Assembly (NCBI GenBank): GCA_026982655.1
Contig: JALSGO010000165.1
Location: 35,032-99,031, forward strand
Reading direction: 5' to 3'
DNA length: 64,000 nt
Source: Candidatus Bipolaricaulota bacterium
GTDB lineage: Bacteria > Bipolaricaulota > Bipolaricaulia > RBG-16-55-9
Shown here: positions 36,737 through 45,081 of the stretch, piece by piece
Position numbering within the stretch: position 1 is the first letter of the stretch
How the letters are laid out: each line of letters starts with the position of its first letter
Position numbers and translations under genes: made by a program
Notes under the pieces: generated by a model
Seen by the model: only the letters and a program-made list of their open reading frames with translations
Told to the model about the DNA's origin: nothing
The model's database searches: none

Positions 36737-37387
36737 TTACGCTGAGGCGTTGATCCACCAGACGAAGGCGGCCACGAGGGCCAAAGCGAGCAGAATCCCC
36801 AGGAGGTCTACGGCCGAGAGCCTCCGTTCTTGGAAGGGGCGTACGCCGGGGGTCGACTCCTCCTCTAAGACCTGGATGATCTCCTGAATGCCTCGGACCA
36901 TTCCCTCTTCGAAGGCCCCCCGCTCGAAGGCCGGGAGGATCGACCGCTCGAGGATCTGCGCGAGTCGCTCGTCGGGGAGCACCCCCTTGAGCCCCTCGCT
37001 CGTGGAGAGCATCACCTGCCCGTCCTCCACGGCGACCAAGAAGATCAACGTCCGGAGCTGGGGGTCCTCCTTGTTCAGCCCCCAGCTCTCCCAGACGCGC
37101 CGGATGTACTTCTTGAGGGGCAGCGGCTCGGTAAACGGGACCGTGAGCACGTAGATCCGGACGCCGCGCTCCTCCTCGACACGGGCGAGGGCCCGGTTGA
37201 GCCCCGCCTCCACCTCGTCCCTGAGGACTTGAGCCCGGTCCACGACGTACGCCGTCCGCTCGGGGATGACCACCTCCGCGGCTTCTCCCTCTTGGTCCCC
37301 TTGTGCCCCTGCCGACACCGCCCCGCCCGCGAGGAGCCCGACCAATCCGATCCAGACCGCAAGCCATCCACGTCGTCGACGTCGCAC
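36737..37387 (-). CDS. TPM-domain protein (TLP18.3/Psb32-like phosphatase fold)
   Basis: A signal peptide and a TPM-like core (YVVDRAQVL...RIYVLTV) are followed by a C-terminal TM helix. A GTG start at 37387 with a G-rich SD is suggested. Confidence 0.6.
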   Translation of the reverse strand: MRRRRRGWLAVWIGLVGLLAGGAVSAGAQGDQEGEAAEVVIPERTAYVVDRAQVLRDEVEAGLNRALARVEEERGVRIYVLTVPFTEPLPLKKYIRRVWESWGLNKEDPQLRTLIFLVAVEDGQVMLSTSEGLKGVLPDERLAQILERSILPAFERGAFEEGMVRGIQEIIQVLEEESTPGVRPFQERRLSAVDLLGILLALALVAAFVWWINASA

Positions 37388-37523
37388 GAGCGAATCCCCC
37401 CCTTGATGCACGTGATCGGATGTGAGCGCGAACGGCTGCGAGGGTAGCACAGCTTCCCCTACGGCGCAAACCCTCCGGGGTTTGACGGAGACGGGAGGGA
37501 CCGCTAGAATACGTAGTACCTGT

Positions 37524-37597
37524 GCGGATGTAGCTCAATGGTAGAGCACCGGCCTTCCAAGCCGGAGACGCGGGTTCGATTCCCGTCATCCGCTCCA
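37524..37597 (+). tRNA. tRNA-Gly(TCC)
   Basis: The hand-folded cloverleaf has anticodon loop CTTCCAA and an encoded CCA. Confidence 0.85.
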
Positions 37598-37626
37598 GTG
37601 ACCGGTGATATGCGCTTAGAAAGCGC

Positions 37627-37702
37627 GCGCCCGTAGCTCAATCGGAAGAGCAGCGGCCTTCTAAGCCGCAGGTTGCAGGTTCGAGCCCTGCCGGGCGTAC
37701 CA
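37627..37702 (+). tRNA. tRNA-Arg(TCT)
   Basis: The anticodon loop is CTTCTAA and the CCA is encoded. Confidence 0.85.
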
Positions 37703-37709
37703 TCCGCGT

Positions 37710-37782
37710 GAGGGACGTAGCTCAAGGGCAGAGCACCGGCCTGTGGAGCCGGGCGTTGCGGGTTCGAGTCCCGTCGTCCCTC
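37710..37782 (+). tRNA. tRNA-His(GTG)
   Basis: The anticodon loop is CTGTGGA. The extra G at position -1 pairing with discriminator C is characteristic of tRNA-His. Confidence 0.85.
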
Positions 37783-37791
37783 CCCGCGCGT

Positions 37792-37867
37792 GCGCCCGTA
37801 GCTCAATCGGAAGAGCAGCGGCCTTCGGAGCCGCGGGTTGGGGGTTCGAGTCCCTCCGGGCGTACCA
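37792..37867 (+). tRNA. tRNA-Arg(TCG)
   Basis: The anticodon loop is CTTCGGA and the CCA is encoded. The body is near-identical to the Arg(TCT) gene apart from the anticodon and T-arm. Confidence 0.8.
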
Positions 37868-37869
37868 GG

Positions 37870-37951
<82 letters not shown>

Positions 37952-37966
37952 CCCCTCGCTTGCCCC

Positions 37967-37994
37967 TTGACAAGGGACGCCTAAAGCGTATAAT
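37967..37994 (+). promoter_or_regulatory. consensus sigma-70 promoter (TTGACA, 16 nt, TATAAT) for tRNA-Gly(GCC)
   Basis: Perfect -35 and -10 hexamers lie about 16 nt upstream of the tRNA 5' end. Confidence 0.6.
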
Positions 37995-38010
37995 CCTTAG
38001 CGGGAGACGA

Positions 38011-38086
38011 GCGGGCGTAGCTCAGTTGGTAGAGCGTTGGCTTGCCATGCCAAAGGTCGCGGGTTCAAGTCCCGTCGCCCGCTCCA
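38011..38086 (+). tRNA. tRNA-Gly(GCC)
   Basis: The anticodon loop is TTGCCAT and the CCA is encoded. Confidence 0.85.
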
Positions 38087-38094
38087 ATCTTTTT

Positions 38095-38505
38095 TCACCA
38101 CCCCGAGGGCAATCCCCAACATCCCGGCGTGATCAGCTCCACCGAGTTCCCATCGGGGTCTCGGAAGTAGAGCGAACGACCGCCCCGCGGCCAACGCTGC
38201 TCCTGCTCCACCTCAATCCCGTGCGCCTGTAGGCGTTCTCTCCATCCTTCCAATGCGTCCGCAGGCACGCCGAGAGCCACGTGCCCCGGGCCGTGAGCCC
38301 CATGCGGGGGGACGCTCCCTCCGCCCTGTAGGGTGGCTTCCGGTCGGAAGATCAAGAGCATGCTCTCCCCTACGCGGAAGAAGAGGTGTCTCCCTGGCTC
38401 TTTGTCCACCAGAGGAAGTCCCAGGACGCCGCGATAGAAGGACTCCGCCCGCTCCAGGTCCTCTGCGTACAGGGCAGCTTCCACCAGATGGCGAATCGGT
38501 TCCAT
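38095..38505 (-). CDS. VOC (glyoxalase/bleomycin-resistance) family protein
   Basis: Paired beta-alpha-beta-beta-beta modules carry the metal ligands His and Glu (HVALGV...ELITP). Confidence 0.7.
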   Translation of the reverse strand: MEPIRHLVEAALYAEDLERAESFYRGVLGLPLVDKEPGRHLFFRVGESMLLIFRPEATLQGGGSVPPHGAHGPGHVALGVPADALEGWRERLQAHGIEVEQEQRWPRGGRSLYFRDPDGNSVELITPGCWGLPSGW

Positions 38506-38636
38506 TGCAGACCCTCCCGCAGCCGTCCATAATAGACCCGGTCATGCGTCCGATCAACACGAGAACCTCTCCCGCCTCGAGCCGCCGACCGAGGAGGCGC
38601 TCGACCTCGGCTCGAGACCGCCCCCCCGGAGGAGGG

Positions 38637-39566
38637 ATGCGCACCGTAGACGCAGCCCTGGTAGGCGTCGTCCTCATCTGGGGAGCGAACTTCGTGATCA
38701 TGAAGCAGGCTTTCGAAGCGATCTCGCCTTGGGCGTTCAACGCGGTGCGTCTGACCCTGGCTGCCGGGTTGCTCCTGGGAGTCCTCCGGGCTCGGGAGGG
38801 CTGGCCCGTCCTCTCCCGGCAAGACGTCCTCAAGCTCATCGGGCTCGGGATCGTAGGGAACACCCTGTACCAGATCCCGTTCGTTGTGGGGCTTAACCTG
38901 ACGACCCCGGCGAACTCGGCGCTGATCCTGGCTACCATTCCCGTCTGGTCGGCGCTGCTGGCCTGGGCCCTGCGGTGGGAGAGGGTCACCCCACGCATGT
39001 GGGGGGGCATCGCGCTCTCCTTCGTAGGGGTCGGCCTGGTCACGGTGGCCTCCCCCAACGGCTTCTCCCTGCGCAGTACCGGCTTCGTAGGCGACCTCTT
39101 GACGTTGCTGGCCGCCGCCTGTTGGGCCGGATATACCGTCTTCTCCAAAGACCTCCTACGGCGCTACTCGCCCCTGCAAGTCAGCGCTCTCGCCCTCCTA
39201 CCGGGGGTCCTGGCCCTATGGATCCCCTCCTTGCCCCACGTCGCAGGCACGGACTGGCTGCGGGTGCCCTGGTGGGCCTGGATGGCCCTGCTGTACTCCG
39301 CCGTCTTCCCCATCGCGGTTGCCTACGTCCTCTGGGCCACGGCGGTGCAGCGGGTGGGGGCAGCCCGCACCGCGATCTATAACAACCTCGTCCCCGTGGT
39401 GACGTTTGGGCTCGCCTACCTCGCGTTCCGACAACCGGTTTCGTCCTGGCAGCTCGTCGGTGGGGCCGTCGTACTCCTCGGGGTTTGGCTCACGGCGATT
39501 TCCTCTTCTTCTCCGCCCTCCCTCTCTTCGGATCCCGCTCCGTCGTCGGCCCGGGGGCGTGGTTGA
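38637..39566 (+). CDS. EamA/DMT superfamily transporter
   Basis: Ten TM helices and duplicated EamA domains are present. The start is trimmed to the ATG at 38637. Confidence 0.7.
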   Translation: MRTVDAALVGVVLIWGANFVIMKQAFEAISPWAFNAVRLTLAAGLLLGVLRAREGWPVLSRQDVLKLIGLGIVGNTLYQIPFVVGLNLTTPANSALILATIPVWSALLAWALRWERVTPRMWGGIALSFVGVGLVTVASPNGFSLRSTGFVGDLLTLLAAACWAGYTVFSKDLLRRYSPLQVSALALLPGVLALWIPSLPHVAGTDWLRVPWWAWMALLYSAVFPIAVAYVLWATAVQRVGAARTAIYNNLVPVVTFGLAYLAFRQPVSSWQLVGGAVVLLGVWLTAISSSSPPSLSSDPAPSSARGRG

Positions 39567-39611
39567 TCCCCTTGCGGGGGTCTGGTATAGTGAAATTCAG
39601 GGGAATTCGCG

Positions 39612-40355
39612 ATGCTACGGAAGTTGCGGGCGATCTTCTTCAGTGGCCTTCTGGTCGTCCTCCCTTTGGGGCTGACCTTCTACCTCCTTCTGCTCCTCTA
39701 CAAGCTGATCGAGGGGTGGTTGGGCTCGGGCGGCTACATCGGGGGGCTCATCCGCACCACCTTCGGGCGGGGGCTTCCCGAGCCCGCGATCAACGCCTTG
39801 AGCATCCTCCTTACGCTGTTGATCATCCTCCTAGTAGGGGCGCTCGTGCGGATGTACGGCGGGCGCTTGGTATACCACCAGGTGGAACGTCTCCTGTTGA
39901 CCATCCCCGTGTTGCGCAAGATCTATGCGACCGTAAAACAGCTCACGGACGCCGTGTTCAACCGGGACATGAGCGCGTTCAAGCGCGTGGTGTTGGTCGA
40001 GTACCCGAGCAAGGGGCTCTACATGGTGGGCTTCGTGACCAACCCGCGGGTGCCCGGCATCGAGGAGGTGGTCGGCGACCGACTCATCTCGGTCTTCATC
40101 ATGAGCCCCCCCAACCCCTTCACCGGGGTGTGGCTGATCGTGCCCGAGCGGGATGTGGTCTATCTGGATCACATCACCGTAGAGGAAGGGTTCCGCATGG
40201 TGCTCTCCATGGGGATCTCGGTCCCCACGGAGGTGGCCGAGCGCTTGAGAGGACGGACGCGATCGGAGGAATCGAAGCGGACTCCGATCCTCTCACCCCC
40301 TGCCGCCCCCGACCCGGAGCACGCCCCGCCTCGGGACGGGGCCGAGGAGGTGTAA
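39612..40355 (+). CDS. DUF502 family membrane protein
   Basis: The N-terminus is typical of DUF502 (FFSGLLVVLPLGLTFYLL). Confidence 0.65.
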   Translation: MLRKLRAIFFSGLLVVLPLGLTFYLLLLLYKLIEGWLGSGGYIGGLIRTTFGRGLPEPAINALSILLTLLIILLVGALVRMYGGRLVYHQVERLLLTIPVLRKIYATVKQLTDAVFNRDMSAFKRVVLVEYPSKGLYMVGFVTNPRVPGIEEVVGDRLISVFIMSPPNPFTGVWLIVPERDVVYLDHITVEEGFRMVLSMGISVPTEVAERLRGRTRSEESKRTPILSPPAAPDPEHAPPRDGAEEV

Positions 40356-40364
40356 ACCGACGGA

Positions 40365-41273
40365 ATGGCCCTCTTTCGCAAGCAGTACTTCAAGGTGGAG
40401 TTGGACGAGAAGCGGCGCGAGGAGGACGCGCTCTGGCTGAAGTGCAAGGCGTGCGGGCAGCTTGTCTACAAGAAACGGGTGGAGCAGAACAAGAGCATAT
40501 GCCCTAAGTGTGGGGAGTATTTCTTCCTCACCGCCCGCGAGCGCATCAAGTTGCTCGTCGATGAGGGGTCCTTCGAGGACATCTCTAAGCCCATTGTGGC
40601 CCGGGACCCCTTGAACTTCGTGGGGGCTAAGCCCTACGTCCAAAGCCTTCAGGAAGCGCAGGAAGCCACCGGGCTGCTCAACGAGATCATCGTGGGGCGG
40701 GCCGCCATCGAGGGGATCCCGGTCATCCTGGCGGTCATGGACTTCCGCTTCATCGGCGGGAGCATGGGGAGCGTCATGGGGGAGCAGATCGCCCACGGGA
40801 TCCGCACGGCTGCTCAGGAGCGCTGCCCCTTCATCTTGGTGTCTGCCACGGGCGGCGCTCGAATGCAGGAGGGCATCTTAAGCCTCATGCAGATGGCCAA
40901 GACCGCCTCCGCGCGCCATCTCTTGGAGGAGGCTCAGGTCCCCTTCATCTCCGTGATGACCTATCCGACCACCGCAGGGGTAGAGGCGAGCATCGCCAGC
41001 TTGGGCGATGTCACCCTTGCCGAGCGCGGAGCGCTGATCGGGTTTACGGGGCAGCGGGTGATCCAACAGACCCTGGGCCAGGAGCTGCCGCCGGAGTTTC
41101 AGACGGATCGCTTCGCTCTGGAGCACGGCATCGTCGACGCCGTAGTCCGCCGTCAGGATCTACGGGCGGAGATCGCCCGCATCTTGCGGTTTTTCCGCGT
41201 TGCAGCCTCCTCTTCGGCGTCTCCGCCTGCGGATTCCACGCGGACGAGGTCGACAAGGAGGCTACGGTCATGA
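40365..41273 (+). CDS. accD: acetyl-CoA carboxylase carboxyltransferase beta subunit
   Basis: An N-terminal CxxC...CxxC zinc ribbon and a crotonase-fold CT domain are present. Confidence 0.85.
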   Translation: MALFRKQYFKVELDEKRREEDALWLKCKACGQLVYKKRVEQNKSICPKCGEYFFLTARERIKLLVDEGSFEDISKPIVARDPLNFVGAKPYVQSLQEAQEATGLLNEIIVGRAAIEGIPVILAVMDFRFIGGSMGSVMGEQIAHGIRTAAQERCPFILVSATGGARMQEGILSLMQMAKTASARHLLEEAQVPFISVMTYPTTAGVEASIASLGDVTLAERGALIGFTGQRVIQQTLGQELPPEFQTDRFALEHGIVDAVVRRQDLRAEIARILRFFRVAASSSASPPADSTRTRSTRRLRS

Positions 41274-42388
41274 AGGAGAAGCCCTCCATCCGCGCTCTGG
41301 AACGCAAGATCGCGGAGCTCAAAGAGCTCAGCCGGCTGGACGGCATCGACCTCTCGGAGGAGATCGCCCGGCTGGAGGAGAAGCTTCGGGGCCTGCGTTC
41401 CGCCGCCGAGGGGGCCTCGGCCCTTACCGTCCCCTCCGAGACCGGGGACCGTTCGGAGGGAGCGATCGACGACTGGGAAAGGGTGAAGTTGGCCCGCCAC
41501 CCTCAGCGGCCCTACACGCTCGACTACGTGGAGAGGCTGATGGAGGACTTCTACGAGCTGCGAGGGGACCGACTCTACGGCGATGACCCGGCGATGGTCG
41601 CCGGTCTGGCGCGCTTTGAGGGCCGCACCGTCGTGGTCGTCGGCCACCAGAAGGGGCGTACGTTGGAAGAGAACCAGCGGAGGAACTTCGGGATGCCCCA
41701 CCCCGAGGGATACCGGAAGGCCCTGCGAGTGATGAAGCTCGCGGAGCGCTTTGGCTTTCCCATCCTCTCGTTCGTGGACACCGCCGGGGCCTATCCCGGG
41801 ATCGGGGCGGAGGAGCGTCACATCGGCGGAGCGCTTGCCCAGAACATCTATGAGATGTTCCGGCTTCGGGTCCCTATCGTGGTGACCGTCATCGGGGAGG
41901 GGGGAAGCGGTGGAGCGCTGGGCATCGGGGTGGGGGATCGCGTCCTCATGTTGGAGAATGCCATCTACTCCGTGATCAGCCCCGAGGGCTGCGCGGCCAT
42001 CCTGTGGCGGGATCGTGCCAAGGCTCCGGAGGCCGCGCGGGCCCTGAAGCTTACGGCACCCCATCTGCTCGAGTTGGGCGTGATCGACGAGGTCGTGCCG
42101 GAACCCCCCGGGGGAGCCCACACGGATCCCGACCGGGCGGCGGAGCGGTTGCGTTCGGCTCTGCAGCGTCACTTGGAAGCGGTGGAATCCCTGGATCCCG
42201 ACGAGCGGATCGCCGCGCGGCATCGGAAGTTTCAATCCATAGGGATATACGAGGAACTTCCGGCGGCGGGGTCTCAAGAGGCCTCCGCGGTAGGGAAGGG
42301 AAGGTCCGGGCGCGGGCGCCGACAGACAGCCACAGGGATCCAGCGCCCTGCGGCTGCGAAGCCGAAGTCAGATGGGCGAAAGGGGTGA
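41270..42388 (+). CDS. accA: acetyl-CoA carboxylase carboxyltransferase alpha subunit
   Basis: The AccA fold is present and the gene has an ATGA overlap with accD. The C-terminal roughly 40-aa basic tail is non-canonical. Confidence 0.85.
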   Translation: MKEKPSIRALERKIAELKELSRLDGIDLSEEIARLEEKLRGLRSAAEGASALTVPSETGDRSEGAIDDWERVKLARHPQRPYTLDYVERLMEDFYELRGDRLYGDDPAMVAGLARFEGRTVVVVGHQKGRTLEENQRRNFGMPHPEGYRKALRVMKLAERFGFPILSFVDTAGAYPGIGAEERHIGGALAQNIYEMFRLRVPIVVTVIGEGGSGGALGIGVGDRVLMLENAIYSVISPEGCAAILWRDRAKAPEAARALKLTAPHLLELGVIDEVVPEPPGGAHTDPDRAAERLRSALQRHLEAVESLDPDERIAARHRKFQSIGIYEELPAAGSQEASAVGKGRSGRGRRQTATGIQRPAAAKPKSDGRKG

Positions 42389-42394
42389 TGCGCG

Positions 42395-43159
42395 GTGGCA
42401 CCTCCTCCCTCCTCCCCCTTGGAGGACCGAGGCCCAACCCCTCCGGGGCGGACGACGTGCTACGGGGAGTGCTCCTGGCTCTTCACGGATTTAGGACGGG
42501 AAGCGCGGGCGCGGCTGGCCCGGATGAGTCGAACGCTGCAGTTCGGACGGCGCGAGGTCATCTTCCACGAAGGCGAGCCCGCGTACGGGCTCTATATCGT
42601 CTGCAAGGGGAAGGTGAAGCTGGCCAAGCACTCGCTCAAGGGGAAGAAGCAGATCCTCAAGCTCCTCGGCCCGGGGGAGATCCTCGGCGAAAAGACGCTC
42701 TTTGACCGGGAGGTCTACACGGCCTACGCCGAGACCCTAGAGGAGACGGAACTCCACTTCATCCAACGGGAGCCTTTTGTGGAGTTCCTCCGGGAACATC
42801 CCGAGGTAGCACTGCGCCTGATCGAAAAGCTCTCTCGCGAGCTTAAGGCGTTCCAGGGCAAGCTGATGGAGGCTTCCTACGAGGGAAGCTTGGAGCGTCT
42901 GGCCCGGCTGCTCCTCCTCATAGGGAACAAATACGGCCGCGAGACGGAGAAGGGGCTGGACATCGGGGTCCGTCTGAGCCGCCAGGAGCTGGCGGAGATG
43001 GCGGGCATCTCCACCGAGACGGCGATCCGGGTTCTATCCCGAATGAAACAGCGCGGCTTGCTGGCCCTTGAGGGATCCAAGATCTACCTCCTCGATCGAG
43101 AGGGGCTTGAGGAGCTTGCGGATCCGCTCCTGGTGCCCCTTAAGGAGAACCTGCTCTGA
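42395..43159 (+). CDS. Crp/Fnr-family transcriptional regulator
   Basis: A cNMP-binding beta-roll is followed by a C-terminal HTH (RQELAEMAGISTETAIRVLSRM). The N-terminus carries a Cys pair (CYGEC). The start at GTG 42395 is uncertain. Confidence 0.7.
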   Translation: MAPPPSSPLEDRGPTPPGRTTCYGECSWLFTDLGREARARLARMSRTLQFGRREVIFHEGEPAYGLYIVCKGKVKLAKHSLKGKKQILKLLGPGEILGEKTLFDREVYTAYAETLEETELHFIQREPFVEFLREHPEVALRLIEKLSRELKAFQGKLMEASYEGSLERLARLLLLIGNKYGRETEKGLDIGVRLSRQELAEMAGISTETAIRVLSRMKQRGLLALEGSKIYLLDREGLEELADPLLVPLKENLL

Positions 43160-43165
43160 CCTCCC

Positions 43166-43891
43166 ATGAGGGAACGGAGGGTGGCGTTGGGGTTGGTCCT
43201 GACGGTGAGCGTCCTGGCGGCGGTCGTGCTGTTGACGGTCGCCTTTCGCATCAAGCAGCAGCGTTGGGAAGGGGCTCAAGGGGTCGCAGGTCCGCCCCCG
43301 CCTGCAGCGGCCGAGGCTCACCCTGCGGGGGAATCCGGTGGCGAGCCGGCAAGGGAAGGCCTCCCCCGCCTGGACGGGCAGATCTCCAAGGGGGAGTACC
43401 GCTATCGCTATTTCGACGAGCGGATCCACGCCTCCCTCTATTGGACCATCGACGAGGAGGCGGGGGTCATCTACCTGGGACTGGTGAGCCCGGCCTCCGG
43501 CTGGGTGGCTCTCTCGCTGGCCCCCACCGGCCCCCGCATGAAGGGCGGGGACATCCTCATCGGATACGTCAAGGACGGACAGGTCTTCGCCCGCGACGAC
43601 TACGCCCACGAGGTGGTCAGCCACACCGCAGACGGAGAGCTCAGCCCCGAAGCCGGGGACGATATCCTGGGGAAGGCCGGCTCTTCCGGGCCGGCCGGCA
43701 CGGTTCTCGAGCTGATGCGGCCTCTGGTGGCCTCCGATGCCTATGACAAGCCGATCCTAAAGGACCGGATGCGTGCCCAGATCGCCTACTCCGAGGTCGC
43801 GGACTTCGAGAGCTATCACGTAGCGCGCACGTCCATCGAGATCAACTTCTACACCGGGGAGGTCTTTCCCACCCCCCCGGAGGAGGAGTAG
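43166..43891 (+). CDS. DOMON-domain membrane-anchored protein
   Basis: An N-terminal TM helix is followed by a DOMON-like beta-sandwich signature (GWVALSLAP...MKGGDILIGYV). Confidence 0.55.
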   Translation: MRERRVALGLVLTVSVLAAVVLLTVAFRIKQQRWEGAQGVAGPPPPAAAEAHPAGESGGEPAREGLPRLDGQISKGEYRYRYFDERIHASLYWTIDEEAGVIYLGLVSPASGWVALSLAPTGPRMKGGDILIGYVKDGQVFARDDYAHEVVSHTADGELSPEAGDDILGKAGSSGPAGTVLELMRPLVASDAYDKPILKDRMRAQIAYSEVADFESYHVARTSIEINFYTGEVFPTPPEEE

Positions 43892-43904
43892 GAGCAAGAC
43901 GGGG

Positions 43905-44837
43905 ATGATCCTGCGAAGTGCGATCTTGCATCTCGCACAGAACGCCCGAATCCGACGTTGGATGTCGACCGTTCCGGCCGCTCGGCGGGCCGCTCGACGC
44001 TTCGTGGCCGGGGAGGAGCTCCCGGAGGCGATCGAGGTCGTGAGGGCCTTGAACGCCCAAGGCCTGCGAGCCACGATCGACCACCTCGGGGAGAACACCC
44101 GCTCCCCCGAGGAGGCCATCCGAGCTGCGCGGGAGTACCTGCGCATCCTGGACGCGATTGACGAACACCGACTCTGTGCGAACGTCTCGCTGAAGCCGAC
44201 CCAGATGGGACTCGATGTCGATGAGGAGCTCTGCTATGCGAACGTCCGCCGCATCGTCCAGCACGCCAAGGAGAAGGGGAAGTGCGTGTGGATCGACATG
44301 GAGAGCTCGGCGTATACGGACCGTACGCTCACGCTCTACGAACGCTTGCGCCGGGCGGGGCAGGACAACGTGGGCGTGGCGATTCAAGCCTATCTTTACC
44401 GAAGCGAGAGGGATGTGGAGCGTCTGAAGGAGCAGGGGGCGAGGATACGACTGTGCAAGGGGGCCTATGCGGAGCCTCCCGACGTCGCCTTCCCCCGCAA
44501 GCGCGACGTCGACCGAAACTTCCGGAGACTCCTGGAGAAGCTGTGGAGCCCGGAAGCGCGCGCCTGCGGGGTCTACGTCGCCGTGGCCACGCACGATCCC
44601 CAGATCCTGGCGTGGGCTCAGGGGTTCATCCGCGCGCATAAGATCCCCGGCGAGACCTTCGAGTTCCAGATGCTTTACGGGATCCGAAGGGACCTGCAAC
44701 GACGGCTCGCGGAGGCAGGGTATCGCGTCCGGGTCTACGTCTCCTACGGTCGGGAGTGGTATCCATACTTCATGCGCCGCCTGGCGGAGCGCCCGGCGAA
44801 TCTGGGGTTCCTGCTGCGCCATCTGCTGCGGGCTTGA
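43905..44837 (+). CDS. monofunctional proline dehydrogenase (about 310 aa)
   Basis: It resembles small bacterial PRODHs with an FAD (beta/alpha)8 barrel. Motifs VAVATHDP and FQMLYGIR are present. Confidence 0.8.
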   Translation: MILRSAILHLAQNARIRRWMSTVPAARRAARRFVAGEELPEAIEVVRALNAQGLRATIDHLGENTRSPEEAIRAAREYLRILDAIDEHRLCANVSLKPTQMGLDVDEELCYANVRRIVQHAKEKGKCVWIDMESSAYTDRTLTLYERLRRAGQDNVGVAIQAYLYRSERDVERLKEQGARIRLCKGAYAEPPDVAFPRKRDVDRNFRRLLEKLWSPEARACGVYVAVATHDPQILAWAQGFIRAHKIPGETFEFQMLYGIRRDLQRRLAEAGYRVRVYVSYGREWYPYFMRRLAERPANLGFLLRHLLRA

Positions 44838-44860
44838 GGCGTTCGATGAGGCTGGAGACG

Positions 44861-44903
44861 AAAAGAGCGACCGGAGGCCCGCAGGGCCTCCGGTCGCTCT
44901 TGG
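44861..44903. terminator. bidirectional intrinsic terminator (16-bp perfect stem)
   Basis: AGAGCGACCGGAGGCC-cgca-GGGCCTCCGGTCGCTCT is followed by TTTTC on the minus strand. On the plus strand only TTGGG follows. It sits between convergent genes. Confidence 0.6.
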
Positions 44904-45081
44904 GCTAAGACCCCCTACGCTCTGCTTGCCGCCAAAGGGGTGATCCTAGCTCGTTCTCACCGTTGGGTTCACCGTCCCGTTGACCTCACCCTAGGAGGTC
45001 GCCTGTCTTCTCTGTGGTTCCGTCTGTTCGGTTCGCGTTCTCACGGCCCTAGGGGTGTTGTGCGCAGGTAACGGATTAGAC

